From a phage: 64,000 bases of DNA. The DNA is taken from the sequence record PZ476263.1. One strand, 5' to 3'. The notes under the pieces are model-generated. The model did no database searches. It was not told where the DNA came from and saw only the letters and a program-made list of their open reading frames with translations. Position numbers and translations under genes: made by a program. Shown piece by piece: positions 44,473 through 52,028 of this stretch; position 1 is the stretch's first letter; every line of letters starts with the position of its first letter.

Positions 44473-44952
44473 TCAATAGTTATTGTAAATATCTTTCGCT
44501 TCTTCTCGTCGAGAATCCATAAGGATCTTTTCTTTAGCCAAAGAATCTTTTTTCAACTTGGCTTTCTTGTCAGATACCTTTTTCTTGATTGCATAGTACA
44601 ATACATCTCTTTCAACGTGGTTCATCCATTCGAGATCACCATTTACAAACAAAGTATCTCTCAAAACACCAGGCCACCTCTCAAAATATGTAACCCTGCT
44701 AGGATTCATAGAATCCACCAAAGTAAATTCCACTTCCCATGTATCAGGTGCATCATCATCTGAGTCTGGATTATCCGTGTAATAACCTGTGTGGATCGTG
44801 AACCAGCCAAGGTCATTGCGAATAGATCCGATTATCTTATCAGCAGGTGCTTTAACCATAATGTACTCGTAAACTTTGCAAATCACAATGTAAATCAGTA
44901 CAAATCCGATAGTAATGAAGATCCCTACAAAATCTGACAAAAACTCAATCAT
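44473..44952 (-). CDS. Membrane-anchored protein (159 aa)
   Basis: N-terminal TM FVGIFITIGFVLIYIVI. Confidence 0.55.
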   Translation of the reverse strand: MIEFLSDFVGIFITIGFVLIYIVICKVYEYIMVKAPADKIIGSIRNDLGWFTIHTGYYTDNPDSDDDAPDTWEVEFTLVDSMNPSRVTYFERWPGVLRDTLFVNGDLEWMNHVERDVLYYAIKKKVSDKKAKLKKDSLAKEKILMDSRREEAKDIYNNY

Positions 44953-46322
44953 TTCTTAGTCCTCTTAACCAGCGCTCGTAATGTCTCAAGAAGAGAATCG
45001 GCATGTTCAATAACTTCACCAAGGGTATTCGCTTTAGTCTTATCATGACGGATCTCAACGAACTTATAATTTAGTCGTGGTAAAAACAGAGACTTAAGAT
45101 CCTTATTCTCAGCATCTGTAATATCATTTGCCTTGATCGTGATAATCTGACCAATAAAATATTCCGGTGCTTTCTTACGTAAAGCGTCTGTCAGTCCTGA
45201 ACCTACACCAACTTCCAAAAGACCATCTCGTGTACGGCAAACAAGAGAACCGACAAGCGAAGGATCTTTTTTGTGAGGTAAGGTAGCAACAACCTCAAGA
45301 TCCACGTCGAATTCGTTCTTCAGCTTAATACCTTTCTTAGTCTTATTGTCACCCCAAGGCATGTTTGCCTCTTTCAAGACCGTACCTTCCTTCTTCTGTT
45401 GACGCATCTCGATGAAGTGGTCAATAGCCTCTTCAAGACTATCGATCTGACGACCACGGATCATCTTTAAATGAGAAGACTCATCCACATAGTTGACAAT
45501 ATTTTCAACCTGCTTACGGCGGTCTTTATATTTTTTCTTAGACTTACGTGCAATATACTCGTCCATAGAAACAACATCCCAAACAACCAAGCGTACCAAA
45601 TTAGGATCAATATTTTCAGGATCCTGGTTCAGATAGCCGTTACCGATCTCTCGTGGCTGAACTCCGTGTGGATAAGACAGATCAATAACTAAACCTTCCC
45701 CGTGCATAACAAAAGGACCATCAGAATTGGCTTTTTCTTTCAGGTTTTGCTCAAGTGAAGGAATACACCGGAAATTAAGCTCTTTCCCTGATCGTGAACG
45801 ATAAATGATCTGTTCAGGCCAAACCATAATGTCTGCATAAAGTCCGTCCATCTTCTCGTCGGAGAAAGCGCCCTCATAATCAAACTTGATCAACAGATCC
45901 TCTTTAAAAAGCGTATAACTTTGGTAAGGTGGCTCTGTGATCAGACCTTTCCACACCTTGTTTGTAAGAGTGGTCTGTACACCACAGTCGAGATCACGAT
46001 TTATAACTTTTAACAGAGTTTCCGGCTCAGAGCAAAGCTGAACAGTGTTGATCATTTCTTCACGGGCTGCATAGCCTGTAATTTTTCGACCGCAAACAAA
46101 TTTAACCAGATATCGGATCGAGTCAACAAGACTGTTATTGCCTTGGTGGAATGTTGATTCCATGACTTTCAAGCCACGGACATAAAAATTCAACTCTTTG
46201 GAATAGGTGACTTGGAATACATATTCCAGATCTTTATTATCTCGATTTGCGACCAAGATTGCTTCTTTCTCTTTTGTGGATCGGGTTGCTGCCAGTTGAT
46301 TGATAATATCTGTTACTTTCAT
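44949..46322 (-). CDS. lig: ATP-dependent DNA ligase (457 aa)
   Basis: Motif I EKMDG. Also HGEGLV, VVWDV and EGTVLK. ATG at 46322 with an AAGGAG RBS; the track start at 46430 is an upstream extension. Confidence 0.85.
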   Translation of the reverse strand: MKVTDIINQLAATRSTKEKEAILVANRDNKDLEYVFQVTYSKELNFYVRGLKVMESTFHQGNNSLVDSIRYLVKFVCGRKITGYAAREEMINTVQLCSEPETLLKVINRDLDCGVQTTLTNKVWKGLITEPPYQSYTLFKEDLLIKFDYEGAFSDEKMDGLYADIMVWPEQIIYRSRSGKELNFRCIPSLEQNLKEKANSDGPFVMHGEGLVIDLSYPHGVQPREIGNGYLNQDPENIDPNLVRLVVWDVVSMDEYIARKSKKKYKDRRKQVENIVNYVDESSHLKMIRGRQIDSLEEAIDHFIEMRQQKKEGTVLKEANMPWGDNKTKKGIKLKNEFDVDLEVVATLPHKKDPSLVGSLVCRTRDGLLEVGVGSGLTDALRKKAPEYFIGQIITIKANDITDAENKDLKSLFLPRLNYKFVEIRHDKTKANTLGEVIEHADSLLETLRALVKRTKK

Positions 46323-46332
46323 TTTGTCTCCT

Positions 46333-46656
46333 TTATTTTTTAATAACTCGAAGTCTTTTCGCCAACACCCAAGTCCCGCCTTGACTTTCAGGACGATTGA
46401 ACATTTCGATACCTTCCACTTCAACTTCATACCATTTGCGTATTTCTCCCGACTTGAGATTCATACTCAAATGTGGTGCATGAGGTTTCAATGTGCAATG
46501 CCAACCTGGTCTTATTGCAAACCCCCGTGTCGGGTGGTTCTCCGCCTCCATCCAAACATCTGGCTCAATCACCAATTTACGATTGATAAATAATGGTCCT
46601 ATTGTACCATCCTTTCTTACTCGAAACAACTTATATGCTTTGATCTTTTTAATCAT
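46333..46656 (-). CDS. Hypothetical protein (107 aa)
   Basis: Intact co-oriented ORF. Confidence 0.6.
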   Translation of the reverse strand: MIKKIKAYKLFRVRKDGTIGPLFINRKLVIEPDVWMEAENHPTRGFAIRPGWHCTLKPHAPHLSMNLKSGEIRKWYEVEVEGIEMFNRPESQGGTWVLAKRLRVIKK

Positions 46657-46881
46657 TTAGTTTTTCCTTTTGAGTTTTCCACACAAAGGGCCTTCTTTAT
46701 AATCAGGATTCTCTTCGAAGAATTCCTCATTCTTTAATAGCATAGCGATCATACTTTTACGCAATGTTGAAGATGCCTTCATACCACGATACCAAGCGTC
46801 AAACCAACTCTTTTTAAGTGGGCTTTTATACATCTTAGTAAAGTATTGAGGATGACTTTCATGACTGATCTTGATTCTCAT
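46657..46881 (-). CDS. Hypothetical protein (74 aa)
   Basis: Intact co-oriented ORF. Confidence 0.55.
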   Translation of the reverse strand: MRIKISHESHPQYFTKMYKSPLKKSWFDAWYRGMKASSTLRKSMIAMLLKNEEFFEENPDYKEGPLCGKLKRKN

Positions 46882-47189
46882 TATACATCACCTGTTGACC
46901 AAAGCAAGTAAAATTTTTCAGGGATAAAATAAAAATCTTCCACAGTACCATCCTCTCTGTTTATGTCTTCATGATAACGACACTTAACCGAATAAACACC
47001 AGGTTTCATTGCCTTAAGATCGTGCTTAGTCATACTCTCAAGAAAGTTATTTTCAAGCAAGGAAGGTGCGATATTTGGTTGTTTAATGATGCACGACTCT
47101 CCGCCGATACCTATTGCAACAATAAACTCGGCATTGTAAGGTGAATCATATACAGGTTTATCACTTTTATTTTTAAGGCAATTGATCAT
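46881..47189 (-). CDS. Hypothetical protein (102 aa)
   Basis: Track ORF extends to 47330. The ATG at 47189 avoids overlap with the upstream gene. Confidence 0.5.
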   Translation of the reverse strand: MINCLKNKSDKPVYDSPYNAEFIVAIGIGGESCIIKQPNIAPSLLENNFLESMTKHDLKAMKPGVYSVKCRYHEDINREDGTVEDFYFIPEKFYLLWSTGDV

Positions 47190-47208
47190 TCCTGCATTAA
47201 GCCATGTT

Positions 47209-47577
47209 TCAGACAGACTTTTTCTTTTTGACGACACGTTTCTTCTCCTTAACCTGTTCAACAGGTTTTCTCTTAGGCTTAGGTTTTGGTTTGTACGGTT
47301 CCTCAGGCTTCTGGTAAAGCCCAAGAACAACTCTTTCTATTGCACTCATAGGAACGGTAGTCATCTTACGTCTCTCTGCGTCAGGGAGCTGTAATTCCCA
47401 CACACCCAACCAATAAGTTAAATCATCTATACGTTCCTGAACCCAAGGGTCTGGTTTCGGAATAGTTAAGAGTCTAACCAACTCTTCTTCGCATGTCAAT
47501 AGACATTCTTTAAGTTTTTCAATAGGTGTATTGAAAACAAAAGCAGTCTTATCAAAAGGCTTCTTCTCTTCTACCAT
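47209..47577 (-). CDS. Hypothetical protein with a Lys/Pro-rich tail (122 aa)
   Basis: The ATG at 47577 overlaps the upstream stop (TAATG). Confidence 0.55.
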   Translation of the reverse strand: MVEEKKPFDKTAFVFNTPIEKLKECLLTCEEELVRLLTIPKPDPWVQERIDDLTYWLGVWELQLPDAERRKMTTVPMSAIERVVLGLYQKPEEPYKPKPKPKRKPVEQVKEKKRVVKKKKSV

Positions 47578-47807
47578 TACTCCCCCTTTTCTTCTTCCCA
47601 ACCATATTTTCTCATACGCTCTTTGTATTGAGGCCACTTCTTCTCAATCACAGCCTGTGTAATCTCCGCATCCATAGAGACATGAACGTATTCACTATAA
47701 AGCTCGTCAATGTGCTCTACAAGGTCATCGCGTCCCTCTGAACGCAAGAATGCACGGACAGTTGCAATCTTTCGCCCAAGGAGGCACTCTTTGCACTCAC
47801 AAGTCAT
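47577..47807 (-). CDS. Hypothetical protein (76 aa)
   Basis: Intact co-oriented ORF. Confidence 0.55.
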   Translation of the reverse strand: MTCECKECLLGRKIATVRAFLRSEGRDDLVEHIDELYSEYVHVSMDAEITQAVIEKKWPQYKERMRKYGWEEEKGE

Positions 47808-48106
47808 TCCCCCTCCTTATTTAAAATTAACATATGTTTAAATTTATTTTTTCTTGCATAGATCAAGAGACTCATATCCACACAAGCGATCCTGTCCTTA
47901 TCCCCTGCACAAACCAGAATGAAGTTATCACCGTCTTGTTCCACATTCACAACTTCGAGGTCTGTGTCATGCTTCTCAAGGAGCTTTTCAAGCCAATCAA
48001 ACTGATAGTTTAAATCCACAAGCCATTTATAGTACCGAGGCTTGCTCTGTGCCTTATAGATCTCCTCCATCTTCTCAATAACGTTATCACACATAGTCAA
48101 AGACAT
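47804..48106 (-). CDS. Hypothetical protein (100 aa)
   Basis: Intact co-oriented ORF. Confidence 0.55.
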   Translation of the reverse strand: MSLTMCDNVIEKMEEIYKAQSKPRYYKWLVDLNYQFDWLEKLLEKHDTDLEVVNVEQDGDNFILVCAGDKDRIACVDMSLLIYARKNKFKHMLILNKEGE

Positions 48107-48122
48107 TTCTTATCTCCCTTTG

Positions 48123-48281
48123 TTATTTATTGTTCTTACGGTCTTTACCAATATCTTGATTGAGGTATCTCACAAGAGAGCAACCCAACCAAATAACGGA
48201 TACCACAAATCCAATCACACATACAGTGTGAAACTCTACAGAGTTCATCCCAAAAGCCACAATGTCGTTAGTACACTCCAT
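48123..48281 (-). CDS. Possible small membrane protein (52 aa)
   Basis: Not in the track. MECTNDIVAFGMNSVEFHTVCVIGFVVSVIWLGCSLVRYLNQDIGKDRKNNK. Confidence 0.4.
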   Translation of the reverse strand: MECTNDIVAFGMNSVEFHTVCVIGFVVSVIWLGCSLVRYLNQDIGKDRKNNK

Positions 48282-48562
48282 CAGATCATCTCCAAAGTTA
48301 TTAATACATTATCCAAATCATCAGCCACAAGCTGAAGCTCAGGTTTCATAGTATCTTCCACACGATGATAAATCAAACCTTTTTCCACATATTGATTCAT
48401 CACTCCGTGATAGTTCCCCAAAATGGTGTACCAGTCACATTCGTAAACAGTCACTACACATACCTTGAGGCCAGCTTTCGCAGAGTGCCAAGCTTCACGC
48501 ATAGCTTGAAGATGACTTAATTCATTTTCTGATAACTTTTTAGATTTATTATTCAATAACAT
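48281..48562 (-). CDS. First leftward gene, hypothetical (93 aa)
   Basis: Track start TTG at 48589 sits only about 9 nt from the -10 element; ATG at 48562 preferred. Confidence 0.5.
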   Translation of the reverse strand: MLLNNKSKKLSENELSHLQAMREAWHSAKAGLKVCVVTVYECDWYTILGNYHGVMNQYVEKGLIYHRVEDTMKPELQLVADDLDNVLITLEMI

Positions 48563-48597
48563 TATAAGTAATTCTCTCTTTCGTTTCAATGATGTGC

Positions 48598-48626
48598 ACT
48601 ATATCTATGTAAAAATCTCATGTCAA
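48598..48626 (-). promoter_or_regulatory. Leftward sigma70 promoter TTGACA-N17-TATAGT
   Basis: -35 at 48621-48626 and -10 at 48598-48603 on the minus strand. Confidence 0.65.
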
Positions 48627-48679
48627 TACTTTTAATTAATAAATTTTAAGATAAAATATAAAAGATCTCTAAAGATCTG

Positions 48680-48708
48680 TTGACTTGATCTATAGATCTA
48701 TGTTAAAT
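48680..48708 (+). promoter_or_regulatory. Rightward promoter TTGACT-N17-TTAAAT with a 12-bp perfect palindrome in the spacer
   Basis: -35 at 48680-48685 and -10 at 48703-48708. Palindrome gatctatagatc at 48687-48698. Confidence 0.45.
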
Positions 48709-48774
48709 ATGTTAAATGTTTATAAAGATCTTGTTTTTTTTTAATGTTTTTATTATTTATTGTTTTAATAATAA

Positions 48775-48824
48775 TTATGAATGAAATGAATAATTATTAT
48801 ATAATTTATGAATGAAATGAATAA
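48775..48824. repeat. Two exact 19-nt direct repeats ttatgaatgaaatgaataa, period 31 nt
   Basis: Copies at 48775-48793 and 48806-48824, flanking ttattatataat. Confidence 0.9.
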
Positions 48825-48908
48825 ATTATAATGTAAAGGGGTTTGGTGAGCGGCGGCGAGCCAGGGAATTCTAATATAGTATTGTATGCCTAAACGGGCA
48901 TAAAGGGT

Positions 48909-48936
48909 TTGACTTGTTAAGAAGCTCGTGTATGAT
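48909..48936 (+). promoter_or_regulatory. Rightward promoter TTGACT-N16-TATGAT
   Basis: -35 at 48909-48914 and -10 at 48931-48936, about 30 nt upstream of the AGGAGG RBS of 48967. Confidence 0.55.
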
Positions 48937-48966
48937 GGGTAACGAAGACCAGAAGGAGGTGAAGTT

Positions 48967-49353
48967 ATGTTTGATGTAAACACCTCTGTTGGGAAGAAAT
49001 CATTTGAAGATGATACATTCACCATGTTGCCTCTCCGGTGGGTTGTTGAACTCTCTGGGGAGGATTTGAAAAGGATGATACTTTTGAGGTGGAGGTTTTC
49101 ATTCTTTGCAGAGTTTGCTTCCCGACAGGGTGAACCTGTGGCTATGTGTTTTTATGAATCTCAGGTTGCGTTGTGTGAGTTGTTCCAGATGTCCAGTACA
49201 AGTCAAGCTAAGGTAAGCGCATTCCTTAAGAAGATGGAAGCTGGGGGTTACATAAGTATACAAAGAGAGAAGGTTATCATTAACGGAAAGTCGAAACCTC
49301 GGCACTATATCGTTATCAATGACCCAATCCTTAAAGAAAAGTATAACTACTGA
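48967..49353 (+). CDS. Putative winged-helix DNA-binding regulator, first rightward gene (128 aa)
   Basis: ESQVALCELFQMSSTSQAKVSAFLKKMEAGGYISIQRE is wHTH-like. RBS AGGAGGTG. Confidence 0.45.
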   Translation: MFDVNTSVGKKSFEDDTFTMLPLRWVVELSGEDLKRMILLRWRFSFFAEFASRQGEPVAMCFYESQVALCELFQMSSTSQAKVSAFLKKMEAGGYISIQREKVIINGKSKPRHYIVINDPILKEKYNY

Positions 49354-49363
49354 GGAGAAAACT

Positions 49364-49585
49364 ATGATGTTCGAAAACAATATCGATAAACCAAATTTAA
49401 AGCCTCTAGAAAGCTCTCTAGCTAAAAGAACTGAAGAGGTCGGGTGTTTGCTTACCTTTATGGCTTTTAACGCTCAGAACGTTTCTAAGGAAGTTTATAA
49501 AATTGTTGATGAATCACTGCTCCCAAAGGCAAAGGTTAATCACATGATTGAGCTAAACGAGATGCTTGATTCGTTTGTTCGTTAA
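49364..49585 (+). CDS. Hypothetical protein (73 aa)
   Basis: ATG at 49364 preceded by GAGGAG. Confidence 0.55.
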   Translation: MMFENNIDKPNLKPLESSLAKRTEEVGCLLTFMAFNAQNVSKEVYKIVDESLLPKAKVNHMIELNEMLDSFVR

Positions 49586-49614
49586 TTGACTATCGTCCAT
49601 TATCCCAGTAAAAT
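49586..49614 (+). promoter_or_regulatory. Sigma70-type promoter TTGACT-N17-TAAAAT
   Basis: -35 at 49586-49591 and -10 at 49609-49614. Confidence 0.55.
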
Positions 49615-49641
49615 GAAGATATACTCTTACTTAACTGATTA

Positions 49642-49893
49642 ATGGATATGAAAAAATTTAAACTTTACTTAGACTACTGTTCTTCGGACTATACGACTGA
49701 AGAATACGCAAGCCTGACCGACAGCTACGATGAGGCATTTGAAGAAGGTAATGATGTAGCTTTCGATACAACAGGTTTTTCACTTGAGTGTTGGAAAAAG
49801 GTTGACTTTGGTAGAGGAAACAGCATATACTTCTTCTACCCCAACGAGAACGACTACTCAACTCGTTACAAAATGACTTTTATGGAGGATTAA
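49642..49893 (+). CDS. Hypothetical acidic protein (83 aa)
   Basis: Intact ORF. Confidence 0.55.
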   Translation: MDMKKFKLYLDYCSSDYTTEEYASLTDSYDEAFEEGNDVAFDTTGFSLECWKKVDFGRGNSIYFFYPNENDYSTRYKMTFMED

Positions 49894-50109
49894 ATGAAAT
49901 TCAGTATCATTATTGATTTTGAAGTAGATGAAACCAATGAGCAGCTTTTAGAAGCACTTAACGACGAGATTCAACGTACTGGTCAAACTATCCAGGAAAA
50001 ATTTGCAACGTTCCCTCAGGCATTTTATGAAACTCTTGTTGACGATATGCAAGGTCAAGATGAAGAGTTCCCTGGTTTGGAAATTAAAGTTCGTATGATG
50101 GAGGAATAA
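49894..50109 (+). CDS. Small acidic protein, paralog of 50109..50327
   Basis: Shared D-x-TN-QL...TG-T...F...PG...V layout. Confidence 0.55.
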   Translation: MKFSIIIDFEVDETNEQLLEALNDEIQRTGQTIQEKFATFPQAFYETLVDDMQGQDEEFPGLEIKVRMMEE

Positions 50110-50327
50110 TGACAACTCAATCTTTAAAGTACACTTTGACACTGGACATCGACTACACAAACCCTCAGCTTGCTGAAATGGTTAAAGAGAAGATGGAAAA
50201 AACAGGTATGACTGTTGAACAGATCAAGACGAATGTTGAAAAGGAAATTTTTACAGGTTTTAACGAGCTGATCGAAAGTGACCTTAAAAACATGCCAGGT
50301 TTTTCTTTCAATGTCGAACGAGGATGA
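50109..50327 (+). CDS. Small acidic protein, paralog of 49894..50109
   Basis: Its start overlaps the upstream stop (TAATG). Confidence 0.55.
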   Translation: MTTQSLKYTLTLDIDYTNPQLAEMVKEKMEKTGMTVEQIKTNVEKEIFTGFNELIESDLKNMPGFSFNVERG

Positions 50328-50333
50328 TTAGAG

Positions 50334-50408
50334 ATGGAAGGCCAGATCTTTTACGAATATGAAGGTTGTGACGAATACGACGGCTTCATTACATGGGGGG
50401 CGGGTTAA
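50334..50408 (+). CDS. Possible micro-ORF (24 aa)
   Basis: MEGQIFYEYEGCDEYDGFITWGAG. Its stop overlaps the next ATG (TAATG). Confidence 0.3.
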   Translation: MEGQIFYEYEGCDEYDGFITWGAG

Positions 50409-50440
50409 TGGGAGAAGAAAATTGGGACGTTTAGAAAAAA

Positions 50441-50653
50441 TTGAAGATTGGTTTTACGGCGGGATCTCTGGATGCTTTGAAGATGAACACCCAGACTTCT
50501 AATTATTTTCCTCTGGAAGATAATCCTCGTAATCATGAGTGTAAAGATTACGATTGCCTATGTTATTGCTGCGGTCATCGATTTGCAGGGCCAAAGAGAA
50601 GCATAATGTGTAATCTTTGTCTTAACAAGAAGAAACCTGTTGACAATAGCTGA
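50441..50653 (+). CDS. Cys-rich zinc-ribbon-like protein (up to 70 aa; start uncertain)
   Basis: HECKDYDCLCYCCGHRF...MCNLCLNKKK. An in-frame TAG at 50432-50434 separates it from a coupled ATG at 50408. Confidence 0.4.
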   Translation: MKIGFTAGSLDALKMNTQTSNYFPLEDNPRNHECKDYDCLCYCCGHRFAGPKRSIMCNLCLNKKKPVDNS

Positions 50654-50668
50654 TTAAATATGTAAGAT
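50640..50668 (+). promoter_or_regulatory. Sigma70-type promoter TTGACA-N17-TAAGAT driving the tRNA island
   Basis: -35 at 50640-50645 and -10 at 50663-50668. Confidence 0.55.
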
Positions 50669-50964
50669 TATTTTGTTGCCTGAGAGATTAGTCATCTTGA
50701 AGGCTGGGTGGGCAAATATAAGTTGGAACCATTATACCACCGACGCGATTTACGCTTTTGGTTGACTGTGACTAAATGGGATGCCCAGTCCATCCTTCTT
50801 TAAAACGGGGAGCCGTCGAAGATTGTCTGATTAGTGATTTACGGATCACTATAGTTTTACTACCACGACAATCTTTTACGGTGTACCCCTTGTCATGATG
50901 ACGAGGTTTAAGGTTATCCTGTCGTTAAATATCCAAAACCTGTTACCACCCACAAGAGAATTTA

Positions 50965-51047
50965 GCGCGGGTGTATCTCAACGGTCTTCTAAACCGTCGT
51001 TAATCGAGTAATTGGAGTATGAAGGTTCGAGTCCTTCCTCCCGCGCT
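50965..51047 (+). tRNA. Atypical tRNA-like element, possibly tRNA-Arg(TCT) or a pseudo-tRNA
   Basis: Canonical features: acceptor pairing gcgcggg/cccgcgc, T-arm gaagg-ttcgagt-ccttc, anticodon arm acggt-cttctaa-accgt. Atypical features: only 9 nt where the D-arm should be, a 23-nt variable region, 2 extra nt between the T-stem and acceptor, and no encoded CCA. Confidence 0.35.
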
Positions 51048-51064
51048 AAGTTCTTTTAAATGCA

Positions 51065-51140
51065 GGCCCTTTAGCTCAGTGGTTAGAGCAGGCGACTCAT
51101 AATCGCTTGGTCGCTGGTTCAAGTCCGGCAAGGGCCACCA
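51065..51140 (+). tRNA. tRNA-Met(CAT), elongator type (could be Ile2 if C34 is modified)
   Basis: Full cloverleaf folded by hand, G1-C72, anticodon loop ctCATaa, CCA encoded. Confidence 0.85.
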
Positions 51141-51157
51141 CTCAATAGTTTATTTAC

Positions 51158-51249
51158 AAGATCATTCAGTAATTAAGCGAATGCCGGAAGCAGAACCGGA
51201 TCAACAAATGCGTACGGGTGTCATCGCCACCTAGCAACTGAATGATCTT
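51158..51249 (+). ncRNA. Long hairpin: 13-bp perfect inverted repeat enclosing 66 nt
   Basis: aagatcattcagt (51158-51170) pairs with actgaatgatctt (51237-51249). Inner stem ccgg-N8-ccgg. Followed by TTTT. Confidence 0.5.
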
Positions 51250-51276
51250 TTAAATTCTCTTAACCTCATAAAATCC

Positions 51277-51305
51277 TTGACATAATAAGAAATTCCTGAT
51301 AACAT
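51277..51305 (+). promoter_or_regulatory. Promoter TTGACA-N17-TAACAT with a TGn extended -10
   Basis: -35 at 51277-51282 and -10 at 51300-51305. Confidence 0.55.
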
Positions 51306-51332
51306 CTCTATATCGACTTAATTGAGGTGCTT

Positions 51333-51707
51333 ATGCCTAAAGCTGAAATCGTTACTAGAAAACGGGGTCGGCCTACTACAGAGGAAAGTATCGCTATCAA
51401 CACCGAGAAGGCGATTCTTCATGCTCGTTCAGAGTTTGCAAGACTTACTCCTCAGGCGATTAAGACTCTGGAAGGTCTACTCACTTCCGGTACAGAGAAA
51501 GTTAAAGAAACTACTGCGAAGTATATTCTTGAACAGGCTGAAAAAGCTAACAATCTGTACACGATGGAAGATAATGAGGAAGATTTAGCGGGAGGTTCAA
51601 CTTCTGCGGATTCTGATACTCATAAAGGCCCTTCTGATGTATTTAAGGATGCAATTCCTCTTACTACTCAAATCAGAGAGTATAAAATTGCAGAAGGTGA
51701 AAACTAA
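51333..51707 (+). CDS. Hypothetical DNA-binding-like protein; weak small-terminase candidate (124 aa)
   Basis: RKRGRPTTEES N-terminus and an acidic tail. ATG at 51333 follows GAGGTG. Confidence 0.3.
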   Translation: MPKAEIVTRKRGRPTTEESIAINTEKAILHARSEFARLTPQAIKTLEGLLTSGTEKVKETTAKYILEQAEKANNLYTMEDNEEDLAGGSTSADSDTHKGPSDVFKDAIPLTTQIREYKIAEGEN

Positions 51708-51727
51708 AGGCTCTTAGGGGCCTTTTA
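51707..51727 (+). terminator. Rho-independent terminator
   Basis: Stem aaggctc/gggcctt with a 4-nt loop, followed by TTAT. Overlaps the stop codon. Confidence 0.55.
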
Positions 51728-51946
51728 TTAATAGTTCTTTTTAATGTAGTTGCTTGGTGTAATTTTTCGGCAGATGGCTGCAACCATCCTATCGATAACT
51801 CATAGTTAGTGCTGCAAACACTGGCTACCTTAAAGAGAATTTAACTCGTCGAATAAGGAAGATGCTGATCTCAAAGTGAGGTCACTTACCGCAAGGGGTG
51901 TGCATAGACTCCCGCTTCCGAATAGACTATGTGGCGAGATGTATTT

Positions 51947-52028
51947 GGGGACGTGGCAGAGCGGTCGAATGCGCCTGACTGTAAATCAGGTATCCCACAC
52001 GGTGGTTCGAATCCATCCGGCCCCACCA
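51947..52028 (+). tRNA. tRNA-Tyr(GTA)
   Basis: Anticodon arm cctga-ctGTAaa-tcagg, 10-nt variable region, T-arm ggtgg-ttcgaat-ccatc, one A-G mismatch in the acceptor stem, CCA encoded. Confidence 0.8.

Noticed and set aside
46323-46430. 36-codon N-terminal extension of the ligase ORF
   Set aside because: It overlaps the upstream gene. The ATG at 46322 has an AAGGAG RBS.
48120-48335. 71-aa plus-strand ORF, and the 86-aa minus ORF 48765..49025 in the control region
   Set aside because: The first is antisense to two coupled minus-strand genes. The second runs through the AT-rich repeat and promoter region and into the 5' end of the plus-strand gene, with no RBS.
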